The position numbers and the translations under genes were made by a program. DNA of 64,000 nt from Mobula hypostoma. Taxonomy: Eukaryota. The stretch covers positions 25,732,001 through 25,796,000 of the forward strand of contig NC_086109.1 in the NCBI RefSeq assembly GCF_963921235.1. The letters are read 5' to 3'. Shown here in pieces: positions 51,935-64,000 of this stretch (position 1 is the stretch's first letter; every line of letters begins with the position of its first letter). The notes under the pieces are model-generated. The model had not been told where the DNA came from. It saw nothing but the letters and a program-made list of their open reading frames with translations, and did no database searches.

Positions 51935-52467
51935 TCCAAGAGAACCACAACCTTGTCGTAGGGTTTGGAGGCTTGTGTGCCTCAATGATCTGGAGAGCTC
52001 TGTTGCCTAGAGTCAGGGCCTTATGCTTTAGCACATGGTAGGGGTCACCCATGCCAAACAGGTCAAAGGGTAGAGGACAAGACCATGTAACATATAACCA
52101 TGTAACAATTACAGCATGGAAACAGGCCATCTCGACCCTTCGAGTCCATGCCGAACTCTTACTCTCACCTAGTCCCACCGACCTGCACTCAGCCCATAAC
52201 CCTCCATTCCTTTCCTGTCCATATAGCTGTCCAATTTAACTTTAAATGACAATATCAAACCTACCTCCACCACATCTGCTGGAAGCTCATTCCACACAGC
52301 TACCACTCTCTGAGTAAAGAAATTCCCCCTCATGTTACCCCTAAACTTTTGCCCTTTAACTCTCTAAGAGTGGTCTACTAGCTCTCCAGGTTTGGGGGCT
52401 CAGATCGGGGCAAACCCTGACTGATAAAACAAAATAGTTATGGAAAGAACAATGAAGAATCCTTCTA
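51935..52467 (+). mobile_element. RTE-family 5' module (Expander/Bov-A/Sauria-SINE-like), split by a CR1 tail
   Basis: GAACCACAACCTTGTCGT...CTCAATGA...GAGCT...GGTAGGGGTCACCCATGCCAAACAGGTC...GAC|TAAGAGTGGTC; similarity is recalled, not searched. Confidence 0.6.
52084..52364 (-). mobile_element. CR1 3' tail insertion, same subfamily as 55756-57540
   Basis: Reverse complement matches about 57270-57540. Confidence 0.85.
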
Positions 52468-53020
52468 GTACTGTGTGCAGTTTTGGTCCCCTAATCTGAG
52501 GAAAGACATCCTTGCCATAGAGGGAGTACAAAAAAGGTTCATCAGATTGATTCCTGGGATGACAGGACTTTCATACGAAGAAAGACTGGATCAACTAGGC
52601 TTATACTCGCTGGAGTTCAGAAGATTGAGGGGGGATCTTATTGAAACGTATAAAATTCTAAAGGGATTGGACAGGCTAGATGCAGGAAGATTGTTCCCAA
52701 TGTTGGGGAAGTCCAGAATGAGGGGTCACAGTTTAAGGATAAAGGGGAAGCCTTTTAGGACCGAGATGAGGAAAAACTTCTTCACACAGAGAGTGGTGAA
52801 TCTGTGGAATTCTCTGCCACAGGAAATAGTTGAGGCCAGTTCATTGGCTATATTTAAGAGGGAGTTGATATGGCCCTTGTGGCTAAAGGGATCAGGTGGT
52901 ATGGAAAGAAGGCAGGTACAGGGTTCTGAGTTAGATGAGCAGCCATGATCATACTGAATGGCGGTGCAGGCTCAAAGGGCCGAATAGCCTACTCCTGCAC
53001 CTATTTTCTATGTTTCTATA
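52468..53020 (+). mobile_element. 5'-truncated CR1, same subfamily as 1-3188
   Basis: ORF 52475-52948 nearly identical to 2635-3096; TTCTATGTTTCTAT tail. Confidence 0.92.
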
Positions 53021-55075
53021 TCTGTGTGTGATGGTATGGACAGACAGGTGGAGGACCTTCATTGTTGCCCTAAACACCATCGGCGTAATGGGCAGTAAGA
53101 TAACAGGTGGTGTTTGATGCCAAAAAACATTAAACAGCAACTGTTATGCTTCTACCCAATTTACCACTGGTGTAGGTCGCAATAGATATATTTGCAACAG
53201 GATGATAGACAAATGGATGGTTATTTAGGAGGGAAGGGTTAGATTGATTTTAGAGTAGGTTAAAAAGTTGGCACAACTTCGGGGGCCAAATGTGCGACCT
53301 AATGTGCTATGTTCTACGAATGAACAATACACTTCGCCAGCCCTATAATGGAAAGACATCCCATGGTAAATGGCATGATTTTGAAATTGTTAAATATGTA
53401 TTGAAAACTCTGTCCAATTAGAACCAAGGTTTCCAACCTTTCTTATGCCAGGGACCAATACCATTGAGGAGTTTGTGGACCCCAGGTTGGAACCCCTGAA
53501 TGACATAAATCATTAAATTTTTATAATATATATAAACATCAAATTGTACAGAAATTACAAGTTGCAATTCAAATTAAATATTGTGGACAGCGGAAAAGAC
53601 GTAGAGAACATGGAAAACATGTAGAAATATACCATGAACTTACCGGGAGTAAGGGATATCACTCTTGAGTACATCTGCTTAGATTAGCAGTTCTGCTTGA
53701 GAAATTGGTGAATAACCTGGTAGAAGTTTTCAAAATGATGAAAGGCTATGATAACAATAGGTTAATCACTCTGAAAAATGGTCAATAGCCAGATATCATT
53801 GATTTAAAATCGTTGCGACAGATCTAGCAAAGAGATTGAGAGATTTTGCCTTCATTTTATACAGAATTGGCAAACTGTGAAGATTATTGTACGTAATTTT
53901 CAAAGGGAAGAAACTTGCTGGGGTATGGATAAGTAGGAATGGCGAGGGACTAATTATAACCACTTTTTCAGTGAGCTAGCTTTGTCATGATGAGCCAAAC
54001 ATGCTCCCTTAAGTATCGTGATTGGCCAGTCTGACAGAAATCTCTTACAAAGTAACTGAAAGAGCAATGTTAATGCAGTAGATGTAACACCTCAAGATTT
54101 TCTAAAGAACTTTAATGTTGTGCCTCATTGTAGTAGTCTCATGATTAATATCAGAACTTGGAAACGAAGATTAGCAACAGGATGGATAGCAAACTAACAA
54201 TTGCAAGAATATGGTAAATTTGCCATATGGTTGATTGCTCACCCGTTGAATCGATTGGGTCTCCTATGCATGGAAGGCTTTCTCTTTTTGCATGAGCTTT
54301 CAAGTTTGCATATTTTCCTCTTGGCTCAGTTTGTAGCTCCTGTGCAGTAAATTGCCCATCATGCACAGTGGCTAACGTTGACCCAGTAAGAGTGTTTAAA
54401 CCTACAGCTCCATTGTCGTTCTTGCTCCGCACGAACTTAGCAGAGACATAGGAGCAGAATTAGGCCATTCCTCCCATCAACTCATAGCTTATTTAATTTT
54501 CCTCTTAACCCCATTCTTCTGCCTTCTCCCAGTAACCTTGGATAAGCAGAATTATGCACAAAAGAAGGTATCCATATTGGTAGAAGGCATTCCACAAAGA
54601 TCTGTTCACATTTAGCATGCAAAATTTTGGCTTAGCAGTAATAAGAATAGATTCAAAATTTGTAGCAATCACTGTATTGGTATATGGTTCATAGAGAAAT
54701 GCAATAAATACCAGAAGATAATAAATTTGAAGAATGGATGCATAAATAACAAATTTTCTTCAACGTCAATAATTGTGAGATGCCTTTTAATACGTGATCC
54801 TTTATATATAAATGCTTGAACAGGCTAGATGTACAAAGTGATCTGGAGCACATAATAGTAAATAACTGAAAGAAGCAATTTCTGTTACAAGGAATTAAAA
54901 ATTCAATTAAAATACTTTTGTTTATTTCTAGGTGAGCACAATTTAAACATGGGCAAGTCTATTTTAAATGCATATAATCTCGTTTAAATCACAGAGTGCA
55001 TATTGTGTATAGTTTTAGCCTGTTGATTGTCTCAGTGCAACTAGAGTTAGACATGCAAGAGCTCACATTTTCATA

Positions 55076-55755
55076 TATTTTTTAAATTATTTTTTTGCTC
55101 AGCATAACAAAACTTTCAATTTGCAGATAGATTTACATTTACGTTTCTTCCCCTCACAGATATCAGCTATCAGAACACTTCCATCAAAATATATATTACC
55201 CCAACATCCTATACAAAAGCCCTTATTAGTATAGCAGACAGGTTTACATCTACATACTGCAGAAAAGGTTGCCATGTTTTATGAAAACTATTTGTTTTTG
55301 AGTGTACCATACATGTCAAAAAGTCCAAAGGAATGTATTCCATGATTAATTTATGCCAACCAAAAAGTCCAGGGGCCTTAAATTAAAATGTTCTTCCTCG
55401 CACAAAAAGTCAGGATGTTAAAAGGTTTTTTCTGATGTGCATTAATAATACGACTGCTGGGTAAGCCTAAGAGAAAAGACACTGGGTCCAGTTCAAGCTC
55501 CACCTTCAGAATCTTTTCCATTTCACCCAAAATATCACTCCAGTATGCCTGAAGTTTGGGACAAGTCCAAAAACAGTGGGTGAAAGTTCCAGTATTTACT
55601 TTACATTTAGAACACATTGGAGAAACCCTCGTCTTAAATTCTGAGAGACGATCTGGACTCAGATGGACTCTATGCAGAATTTTGAGTTGCAGTGCTTTAG
55701 TTCTATTACAAACTGATATTTTCTTTGCATTATCACAGATATCTTCCCATGTTTC
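55076..55755 (-). mobile_element. L1/Tx1-clade LINE 3' fragment (ORF2 C-terminal CCHC)
   Basis: QLKILHR...CSKCKVNTGTFTHCFWTCPKLQAYW (zf-RVT-like) and an A-rich tail. Confidence 0.8.
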
Positions 55756-57540
55756 ATGACAGAAATATTTCAAATGTCATTAGAAACGGGGATGGTGCCA
55801 GAGGGTTGGCGTATTGCTCATGTGGTTCCATTGTTTAAAAAGAGTTCTAAGAGTAAACCTAGCAATTATCAGCCTGTGAGTTTGACGTCAGTGGTGGGTA
55901 AATTGATGGAAAGTATTCTCAGAGATGGTATATATAATTATCTGGATAGACAGGGTCTGATTAGGAACAGTCAACATGGATTTGACAAATCTTACTGAAT
56001 TTTTTGACAGTTGGCGAGGGTAAAGCGGTGGATGTTGTCTATATGGACTTCAGTAAGGCCTTTGACAAGGTTCCACACGGAAGGTTAGTTAGGAAGGTTC
56101 AATCATTAGGTATTAATATTGAAGTAGTAAAATGGATTCAGCAGTGGCTGGATGGGAGACGCCAGAGAGTAGTGGTGGATAGCTGTTTGTCAGATTGGAG
56201 GCTGGTGACTAGTGGTGTGCCTCAGGGATCAGTACCGGGTCCATTGTTGTTTGTCATACAAATTACTCGGCCTATTTCTGGGTGGGCATGTGGCCAAGGC
56301 ATTAGACTAGCAACCTGAAGGTCGTGAGTTCGAGCCCCAGACGAGGCAACGTGTTGTGTCCTTGAGCAAGGCACTTAATCACACATTGCTCGGCGACGAC
56401 ACTGGTGCCAAGCTGTATGGGTCCTAATGCCCTTCCCTTGGACAATATTGGTGTCATGGAGAGGGGAGACTTGCAGCATGGGCAACTGCTGCTCTTCTAT
56501 ACAACCTTGCCCAGGCCTGCGCCCTGGAGAGTGAAGACTTTCCAGGTGCCGATCCATGGCCTCGCAAGACTAACGGATGCCTTTAATGATCTGGATGATG
56601 GGGTGGTAAATTGGATTAGTAAGTATGCAGATGATACTAAGATTGGTGGAATTGTGGATAATGAAGCAGGTTTTCAAAGCTTGCAGAGAGGTTTAGGCCA
56701 GTTAGAACAGTAAGCTGAAGGATTGCAGATGGCACTTAATGCTGATAAATGTGAGGTGCTATATTTTCGTAGGACTAATCAAAATAGGACATACATGGTA
56801 AATGGTAGGGCATTAAAGAATGCAGTAGAACAGAGGGATCTAGAAATAATGGTGCATAGTTCCCGGAAGGTGGAATCTCATGTGGATAGGGTGGTGAAGA
56901 AAGCTTTTGGTATGCTGGCCTTCATAAATCAGAACATTGAGTATAGGAGTTGGGATGTAATGTTGAAACTGTACAAGGCATTGGTAAGGCCAAATTTGGA
57001 GTATTGTGTACAGTTCTGGTCACCGAATTATAGGAAAGATGTCAGCAAAATTGAGGGAGTACAGAAAAGATTTACTAGAATGTTACCTGGGTTTCATCAC
57101 CTAAGTTACAGAGAAAGGATGAACAAGTTGGGTCTTTATTCTTTGGAGCGTAGATGGTTGAGGGGGGACTTGATAGAGGTATTTAAAATTATGAGGGGGA
57201 TAGATAGAGTTGACGTGGATAAGCTTTTTCCATTGAGAGTGGGGAAGATTCAAGCAAGAGGACATGAGTTGAGAGTTAAAGGGCAAAAGTTTAGGGGTAA
57301 CATGAGGGGGAACTTCTTTACTCAGAGAGTGGTAGCTGTGTGGAACGAGCTTCCAGCAGAAGTAGTTGAGGCAGGTTCGATGTTGTCATTTAAGGATGAA
57401 TTGGACAGCTATATGGACAGGAAAGGAATGGAGAGTTATGGGCTGAGTGCAGGTTGGTGGGACTAGGTGAGAATAAGCGTTCGGCACGGACTAGAAGGGC
57501 TGAGATGGCCTGTTTCCGTGCTGTAAATGTTATATGGTTT
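55756..57540 (+). mobile_element. 5'-truncated CR1 LINE interrupted by a SINE
   Basis: ORFs 55756-55998, 56004-56318 and 56723-57466 with [19 protein letters not shown] and KYADD. Confidence 0.92.
56266..56583 (+). mobile_element. tRNA-derived SINE with CORE/Meta-like centre and RTE-like tail
   Basis: TGGCCAAG A-box-like, GAGTTCGAGCC B-box, GTGTCCTTGAGCAAGGCACTTAA central motif; interrupts the CR1 RT between LFVI and NDLDD. Confidence 0.7.
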
Positions 57541-58986
57541 CAGCTGTAATTTCTACTCCCAGCTCTCCCTCCCAGACCCTTCCCAGCTGCTCAGCCTCTC
57601 CACAAGAACATTCCCTCAGGAGGCTGTAAAAAGTACTGATGGAGACTTCACCCTTAGAACAGAACACCCTCTTTTCTATGTCAGAGCTACAGAATCAGTT
57701 AACAATGATGGTTTTTTTCCTGTATATAATCTCTTATCTGAAAGAAACGAAAAAGATCCTTGTTGGGTATGTTAAATTTCTGTACTATTTGACTAAAAGA
57801 CATCATCGTTCCTTTATCAAACAAATCTCCTAGATGGAAAATACCCTTAGAAATCCAAAGTTTAAATCTAGAATCCATTATGCCAGGCTGAAAATCTGGA
57901 CTGCCGATTATTGGAATGAAGGGTGATATTTTCGCTGTGCTGCCCTCAATTTGTTACACCACTCTGACTGTATTAATTGTACATTTTCATATTTTCATTT
58001 GGTTTTCATTTCATGTTTTACTTATAAGCCAGTAAGGATAATGGTAAATAAAACACAATATAGTACTTTGAAAGCAGTTCACAATCAATCTGGACAAACC
58101 TAACAATGGCTCTTGGTTAGTCAGGGCATGAAGGGGTACAGAGAGAAGGCAGAAGATGGGGGCTGAGAGGTAACTGGGTCAGTCATGATAAAACGGCAGA
58201 GCAGATTCGATGGGCCAAATGGCCTATTTCTGCTCCTGTATCTTATGGTCCTATGATCTATGGTTCCCCATGTATAAGAAAGATAACAGGTAAAAGAAGG
58301 AACACCAGTGCCTGAAAACAAGAGTGGTGGTTCACATTTATTCGTGACTTGTCACAGTGACATCATAATTACAAGCAATTCCAACTTTTTCTGGTTTTGT
58401 TTCAGCGTGTTCCTGTGAGCATCCCGGTGAACCAAGACCTGGAGAATGTTGGACAGGGTTACATTAGGTAGCAAACTCTTTTACTGCCTTATAAGTGCCT
58501 TAAAAAAAAAGGTAGAATTCCACAGCTATAAAGATAATGTCAGCATTTAGCAAGTTGGCTGAATTTATGATGACATAAACTGGCAGGTAGCTTTGATCCT
58601 CCACTTAATGAAAACTCAGCTTTTGAAAGCAACCTGATTTCAATAACGGCCTAGAAACAAAGCTGCAAAAGATTTTGAAACACATTCAGAAACAAAACCA
58701 CTTCTTGTGTGCATTCTACCCCATAAAATCAGGGGTAGTACAGGCAGTCAGCAAAGGTCAAACAATCTCCATAACTTGGTTCCTTTAGGGTCAATATCAA
58801 ACCTCCTGTTTTCTGCTTTTTATATTTTTAACTATGTTCTTTTAATCAATGCCACCTTGCTCTCAGTTTCACAACCACAACTTAAACTTAAATAATTTGA
58901 GCACATTTTCAGTCTTCAAAGACTCTGTTTGCATTAAAGGTGTTATTTTTAGACATCAGGAAGACGGATAAAGATTTTGTAGACAA

Positions 58987-60298
58987 AGCAACACACACAA
59001 AATGCTGGAGGAACTCAGCAGGCCAGGCAGCATCTATGGAAAAAAGTACAGTTGACATTTCGGGCCAAGACCCTTTGGCAGGACTGGAGAGAAAAAAGCT
59101 AAAGGGGTAGAGTTAAACGGTGAGGGGAAGGGAGGGCAGGGAGAAACACAAGCTGATAGGTGAAACTGGGAGGGGGAGATAAAGTAAAGAGCTGGGAAGT
59201 TGATTGGTGAAAGAGATACAGGGCTGGAGAAGAGCGAGTCTGATTAGAGAGGACAGAAGGCCATGGAAGGAAGAAAAGTCAGGGAAGAGCACCAGAAGGG
59301 GGTGATGGGCAGGCAAGGAGATAAGGTGAGAGAGGGAAAGGGGATGGGGACTGGAGAAGGAAGGGGGGGGGGTCATTACCAGAAGTTCGAGAAATCGATG
59401 TTCATGCCAGCAAGCTGGAGGCTACCCAGATGGAATATAAGCTGCTGTTCCTCCAACCTGAGTGTGGCCTCATCACAACAGTAGAGAAGGCCATGGACTA
59501 ACATTTGGGAATAGGAATGGGAAGTGGAATTAAAAATGGGTGGTCACTGGGACATCACGCTTGTTCTGGCGGATGGAGCGTAGATGGTCGACGAAGCAGT
59601 CTCCCAATCTACGTCGGGTCTCACTGATATACCGGAGGTCACCCCAGGAGCACCGGGCACAGTATACGACCCCAACAGACTCCGAAGTGAAGGATCGCCT
59701 CACTTGGAAGGACTGTTTGGGGCCCTGAATAGTAGTGAGGGAGGAGGTGTAGCACGTGTTCCACTTACAAGGATAAGTACCGGGGGGAGATCAGTGGGGA
59801 GCGATCCCTGCGGAAAGCAGAAATTTGGGGGGGGTGGGAGGGAAAGATGTAAAAGATGTGCTTGGTGGGGGGATCCCATTGGGGGTGGCGGAAGTTTCAG
59901 AGAATTATGTGCTGGACGTGGAGGCTGGCGGGATCTCCCAGTGGCCACCCATTTTAATTCCACATCTCATTCCCATTCCGCTATGTCGATCCATGGCCTC
60001 CTCTACAGTTGCGATGAGACCACATTCAGGTCTCTCCTATTGGACTCCCCCTTCTCCAGCCCTGTATCTCATTCACGAATCAACTTCCCAGCTCTTTACT
60101 TCATCCCTCCCCTTCCCAGTTTCATCTATCACCTTGTGACTCTGCGCATCTTTTTTTTCTCTCCGGTCCTGCCAAAGTGTCCCAGTCCGAAATGTTAACT
60201 GTTCTTTTTTTCCATAGATGCTGCCTGGCCTGTTGAGTTCCTCCAGCATTTTGCTTGTGTTGTTTGATTTCCTGCATCTGCAGATTTTCTCTCGTTTG
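58987..60298 (-). mobile_element. Penelope-like element with GIY-YIG endonuclease remnant, in inverted arrangement
   Basis: Minus arm 58987 to about 59928 reads GVVYCARCS..LRYISETRRRLGDCFVDHLRS...LRLEEQQLIFHLGSLQLAGMNIDFSNF. Plus arm about 59929-60298 repeats LPVATHFNS and the terminal region. Confidence 0.85.
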
Positions 60299-60398
60299 TA
60301 ATTTTGTAGACTAATGACTTGCTCATTCATTACATTTATTTGAGATCGATTTGAATTAACTGGGAGCCTGGGATTCATAAGATGACAGATTCTGTTTA

Positions 60399-60417
60399 CT
60401 GCTCCCTCTGGTGGCCA
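60399..60417 (-). promoter_or_regulatory. Candidate CTCF-binding site
   Basis: Minus strand TGGCCACCAGAGGGAGCAG versus consensus TGGCCACCAGGGGGCGCTA. Confidence 0.55.
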
Positions 60418-61719
60418 GTGGTATTTTCCTGTTAAAGCTCTTGCTTTCTGCTTCACGCTGGCCTGGAATTCAACTTTAGCAAAAGTTAGAAACCCCATGA
60501 CATGCAGAACTAGGTCCAATAGCCTTATGTTATCACAGGTCCTGTGGGTCTGCTTTAAACTACAATTGACTTTATCTACACATGGATACCAAAGCAACAC
60601 CTGATGTTTATATAATAATTATTCAGTGCCTCACGTGCACAGTAAGTTTTTCAATGTCAATAATTCTTCTGCTACCACACACCATTTTAAATAATTCATA
60701 CAAGAGTTCCTGCTGTAGATTCAGTAGACAAAGGTGTCAGTTCTCAATGCTGTAGGTCACTAAACTGAATTACAATACCTCCTTTTCACAAGTTGTCTGT
60801 CACTCTGTGCAATGCTAATTCATAACCTGCTGTTCAATACAATGCATAATAATCATACATATTTGGTTGTTAAGACTAGGGCATCATTCTATGTACATAA
60901 ACAGCCCATAATATTTCAGCGGGATATTAATTCTGTGCCACACTATGTGTAATATGATTTATATACTGTCATGCAAAGCGTGGTACAGTATAAATTTAAT
61001 ATTCCATTGTCACACAAGAATTAATTTAAAATTATAGGATGGAATATTTGTCCCCCTTCAGTGTTATTATTTTCTTCTTTTTACTTAGAGCAATATCTAG
61101 CAACCTTCCTGACTCTGAGTCAAGATCTGGATGCTCAACTTCATGATCTTTTACCATTTTAAACACTGATGCAAAGTAATCACAATATGTCAAGCATTTC
61201 ATATTTTCACTTATAGCATTACAATTATCAGTCTTTGGGGGCTCACGTTGCTTCTGTGTCCCTTCACTTTCCTAGTGACTCATTGAGATATTTTATCATA
61301 TTTTGCAGTTTTGTATCTCTCGCAGCTACCTTATAAACATACAAATGAGGAACAGGAGTAGGCTATTTGGACTCATTATTGATCTGACTGCACTCTCATC
61401 TCTACATTCACCTCATCTGTCTAACATGGGTAACCTCTTACTTCTAAACACTGACCCCTTGTTCTAGATTCTACCATGAGTTAATTATCCTGTCAAGACC
61501 TCTCGGGATCTTTCTTTTCAAATCACCTCTCCTTCATCTAAACTCCAGTGGGTACAAGTCTAGTCTATCTGAACTTTTCTCATAAGAAACCAGCCCATTC
61601 TATGCAGTAACAGGATAAGATTTCTCTAAACTGTTTCCAACACATTGTTGTCCTTCATTTTTAAAAAAAATGCTCTAATGCCCTATAGTAACTGAAACAT
61701 AGCTTCACTTCTTTTTGCA

Positions 61720-62480
61720 ACAGTGATATTATCAGCAGACTTAAATATGGTGCTGGATCTGTAGTTAGCTACACAATCATAAGTATAGAATGCGTGGAGC
61801 AGGGGCTAAGCACACAGCTTTGTGGTGCACTGATGCTGATGGTGATTGTGGAGGAGATGCTTTTGCCAATGCATACAAACTGGGGGTTGTCTGCGAGGAA
61901 ATCAAGAAGGATCCAGTTGCACAGGGAGAGACAGAGGCCAGGTCTTGGAGCTTAGTAATGAGCACCATGATGATGATAGCACTGAATTCTAGATTGTAAT
62001 CAATTAATGGCATCCTGACGTATGTATCTTTAATGTCCAGATGTTCCAGAGCTGAATGAAGAGCCAATTAAATATTGTCTGCTATTAATCTGTTGTGATG
62101 GTAGGCAAATTGGAGAAAATCCAGGCCACTCTTCAGGCAGGAATTCACATGCTTCAAGACCATCCTCTCAAAACACTTCATCACAGTAGAACTAAGTGCT
62201 ACTGGATGATAGACATTGTGGAAGTAACCACGTCCCTTCCTGAGCACTGGTATGATTGAAGCCTACTTGAAGCAGATGGGTACCTCAGACCGCCAAAGTG
62301 AGAGGATGACGTCTGTAAATACTCCAGTCTGTTGATTAGTGCAAGTATTTATTACTTGGCCAGGTGCACCATCTGGGCCAGATGCTTTCTGTGGACTTAT
62401 CCTCCTGAAGGATATTCTTAGAGACTGAGTCTAAGATTACAGAGCCATTAAGGGCTATTGGGATTCATGAAGTTGCCTCC
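61720..62480 (-). mobile_element. Rex/Babar RT fragment, decayed
   Basis: ALHSALEHLDIKDTYVRMPLIDYN and upstream RT motifs. Confidence 0.75.
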
Positions 62481-62679
62481 ATGCTCTGTCAGTCAAAGGG
62501 AACTTAACTGACTTGCTTAACATCCATATCCTTTGATTCGTTTTGCATCCTCCACAATTTACTTTCCTTCCTATATTTATATCATCAGAAAATATATAGT
62601 CAGAGCCTTTTTCTCAAGGCAAGGATTCTAGAACTAGAAGGCACAGGCTTCAGGCAAGATGGTTGAAATGTGTATGAAA

Positions 62680-63099
62680 ATACAAGATAACACTGATGCA
62701 GACATGTTTTATACATTTAACAAGGTGCTTTATTAATGCAACAGAGTTAGGCAGTTTTACAATGTTCCTCGTCAGCCAGGTCATACTGTCCGTGAACTCG
62801 CTGTCGGTTGCCTCCATATGCTCCAGTATTTGTTTTTTTTTTGTTTTAAGTCATGCGCGAGAGCCAAGAGCAATTCCTTTTAAGTTTTTCTACTCCGTAA
62901 CTGGACAAACACGCACTAAGTATACCGTTTCCTCTTCGCTTGTTTTCTGTGTGTCCTGCGTGTGCCCAGTAGAGGAGATTTGCCCAAATATCCGTGTTAG
63001 TGTGGACAGAGATATTTTGAAAAACGCTTAGTGTGTACGCCTAATTTTTACTCGAAACCAGCGTTTTCAAGATTATCTGGCGTAGTGAGGACGTAGCCT
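62680..63099. mobile_element. Truncated Harbinger-like DNA element inside a CR1 3' fragment
   Basis: Right end GCGTAGTGAGGACGTAGCCT then TAG, with subterminal TAGTGTGGAC-like repeats; left TIR not found. Confidence 0.5.
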
Positions 63100-63334
63100 T
63101 AGAGTAGTAGGTTTTTCACACAAAAGGTCTGAAACAAACTGTCAGAGGACATGGTACGGGCAGATACAATTATAACATTTCAAAGGCATTTGGACAGGAA
63201 AGGCATAAAGGGATACAGTCCTCATGAGGCAATTGAGATTAGAGGAAATAGGCTTTATAATTGGCATGGATAAGGTGGGCCAAAAGGACCAATTTCTGTA
63301 CTGTACACTAATATGATTCTAAATTTAGCAACTA

Positions 63335-64000
63335 TATAGAAACATAGAAAACAATACAGGCCCTTTGGTCCACAAAGCTGTGCTGAACATGTCCTTACCT
63401 TAGAAATTACCTAGGGTTACCCATAGCACTCTGTTTTTCTAAGCTCCATGTACCTATCCAGGAGTCTCTTAAAAGACCCTATCATATCCGCCTCCACCAC
63501 TGTCGCTGGCAGCCCATCCCACGCACTCACCACTCTCTGCGTAAAAAAACGCAACTCTGACATCTCCTCTGTACCTGCTTCCAAGAACCTTAAAACTGTG
63601 CCCTCTCATGCTAGCCATTTCAGCCCTGGGAAAAAGCCTTTGACTATCCACACGGTCAATGCCTCTCATCTTATACACCTCTATCAGGTCCATCTGCCAC
63701 TTCTCAGCCCAGTTTTTCATCCTATCAATGTAACATCTGACAGCCCTCCACACTATCCACAACACCCCCAACCTTTGTGTCATCAGCAAATTTACTAACC
63801 CATCCCTCCTTTTCCTCATCCAGGTCATTTATAAAATTCACCAAGAGTAGGGGTCCCAGAACAGATCCCTGAGGTACACCAGTGGTCACTGACTTCCATG
63901 CAGAATATGACCCATCTACAACCACTCTTTGCCTTCTGTGGGCAAGCCAGTTCTGGATCCACAAAGCAAAGTCCCCTTGCATCCCATGCCTCCTTATTTT
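63335..64000 (-). mobile_element. CR1 LINE with internal deletion, continuing past the window end
   Basis: TGVPQGSVLGPLL..KFADDTK; RT joined to the 3' end at about 63687; (TTCTATGT)-type tail. Confidence 0.9.

Noticed and set aside
54151..54432. 93-aa minus-strand ORF with a hydrophobic C-terminus
   Set aside because: No ATG start, no recognisable homology and no splice context; likely chance.
24400..64000. Expected convergent neighbour gene (STRIP1 in human synteny)
   Set aside because: I recognised no STRIP1-like exon on the minus strand; small exons could have been missed.
1..64000. CRISPR arrays, rRNA, bona fide tRNA or prokaryotic systems
   Set aside because: None seen; the tRNA-like boxes belong to SINE heads and the RT/endonuclease ORFs belong to eukaryotic retrotransposons.

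Overview
Eukaryotic (vertebrate) genomic DNA, most likely from a cartilaginous fish (ray or shark). This is inferred from the repeat complement: abundant CR1 LINEs, HE1/V-domain-type SINEs, Penelope-like elements and Rex/Babar LINEs. The only host gene I can support is an aristaless-like paired-class homeobox gene on the + strand, best matching ALX3. Three coding exons are visible (16916-17205, 19633-19761, 23987-24307) with canonical GT-AG sites and consistent phases; exon 1 was not found and probably lies upstream of the window. The rest is intron and intergenic DNA dense in mostly decayed, often nested transposons: CR1, Rex/Babar, RTE, L1/Tx1, a HERO-like fragment, Penelope-like elements with hammerhead-ribozyme remnants, Gypsy relics, a solo LTR with a 4-bp TSD, Tc1, hAT and PIF/Harbinger MITEs, and SINEs. 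Most ORFs in the track are transposon fragments or spurious. I cannot demonstrate a new biological system. The best leads are the ALX3 orthologue (degenerate OAR motif, unusual homeodomain Gly37), a possibly structured RTE 5' RNA module, variant hammerhead cores in the Penelope elements and a strong CTCF motif. Family assignments come from recalled motifs, not database searches, and repeat boundaries are approximate unless a TSD or TIR is stated.
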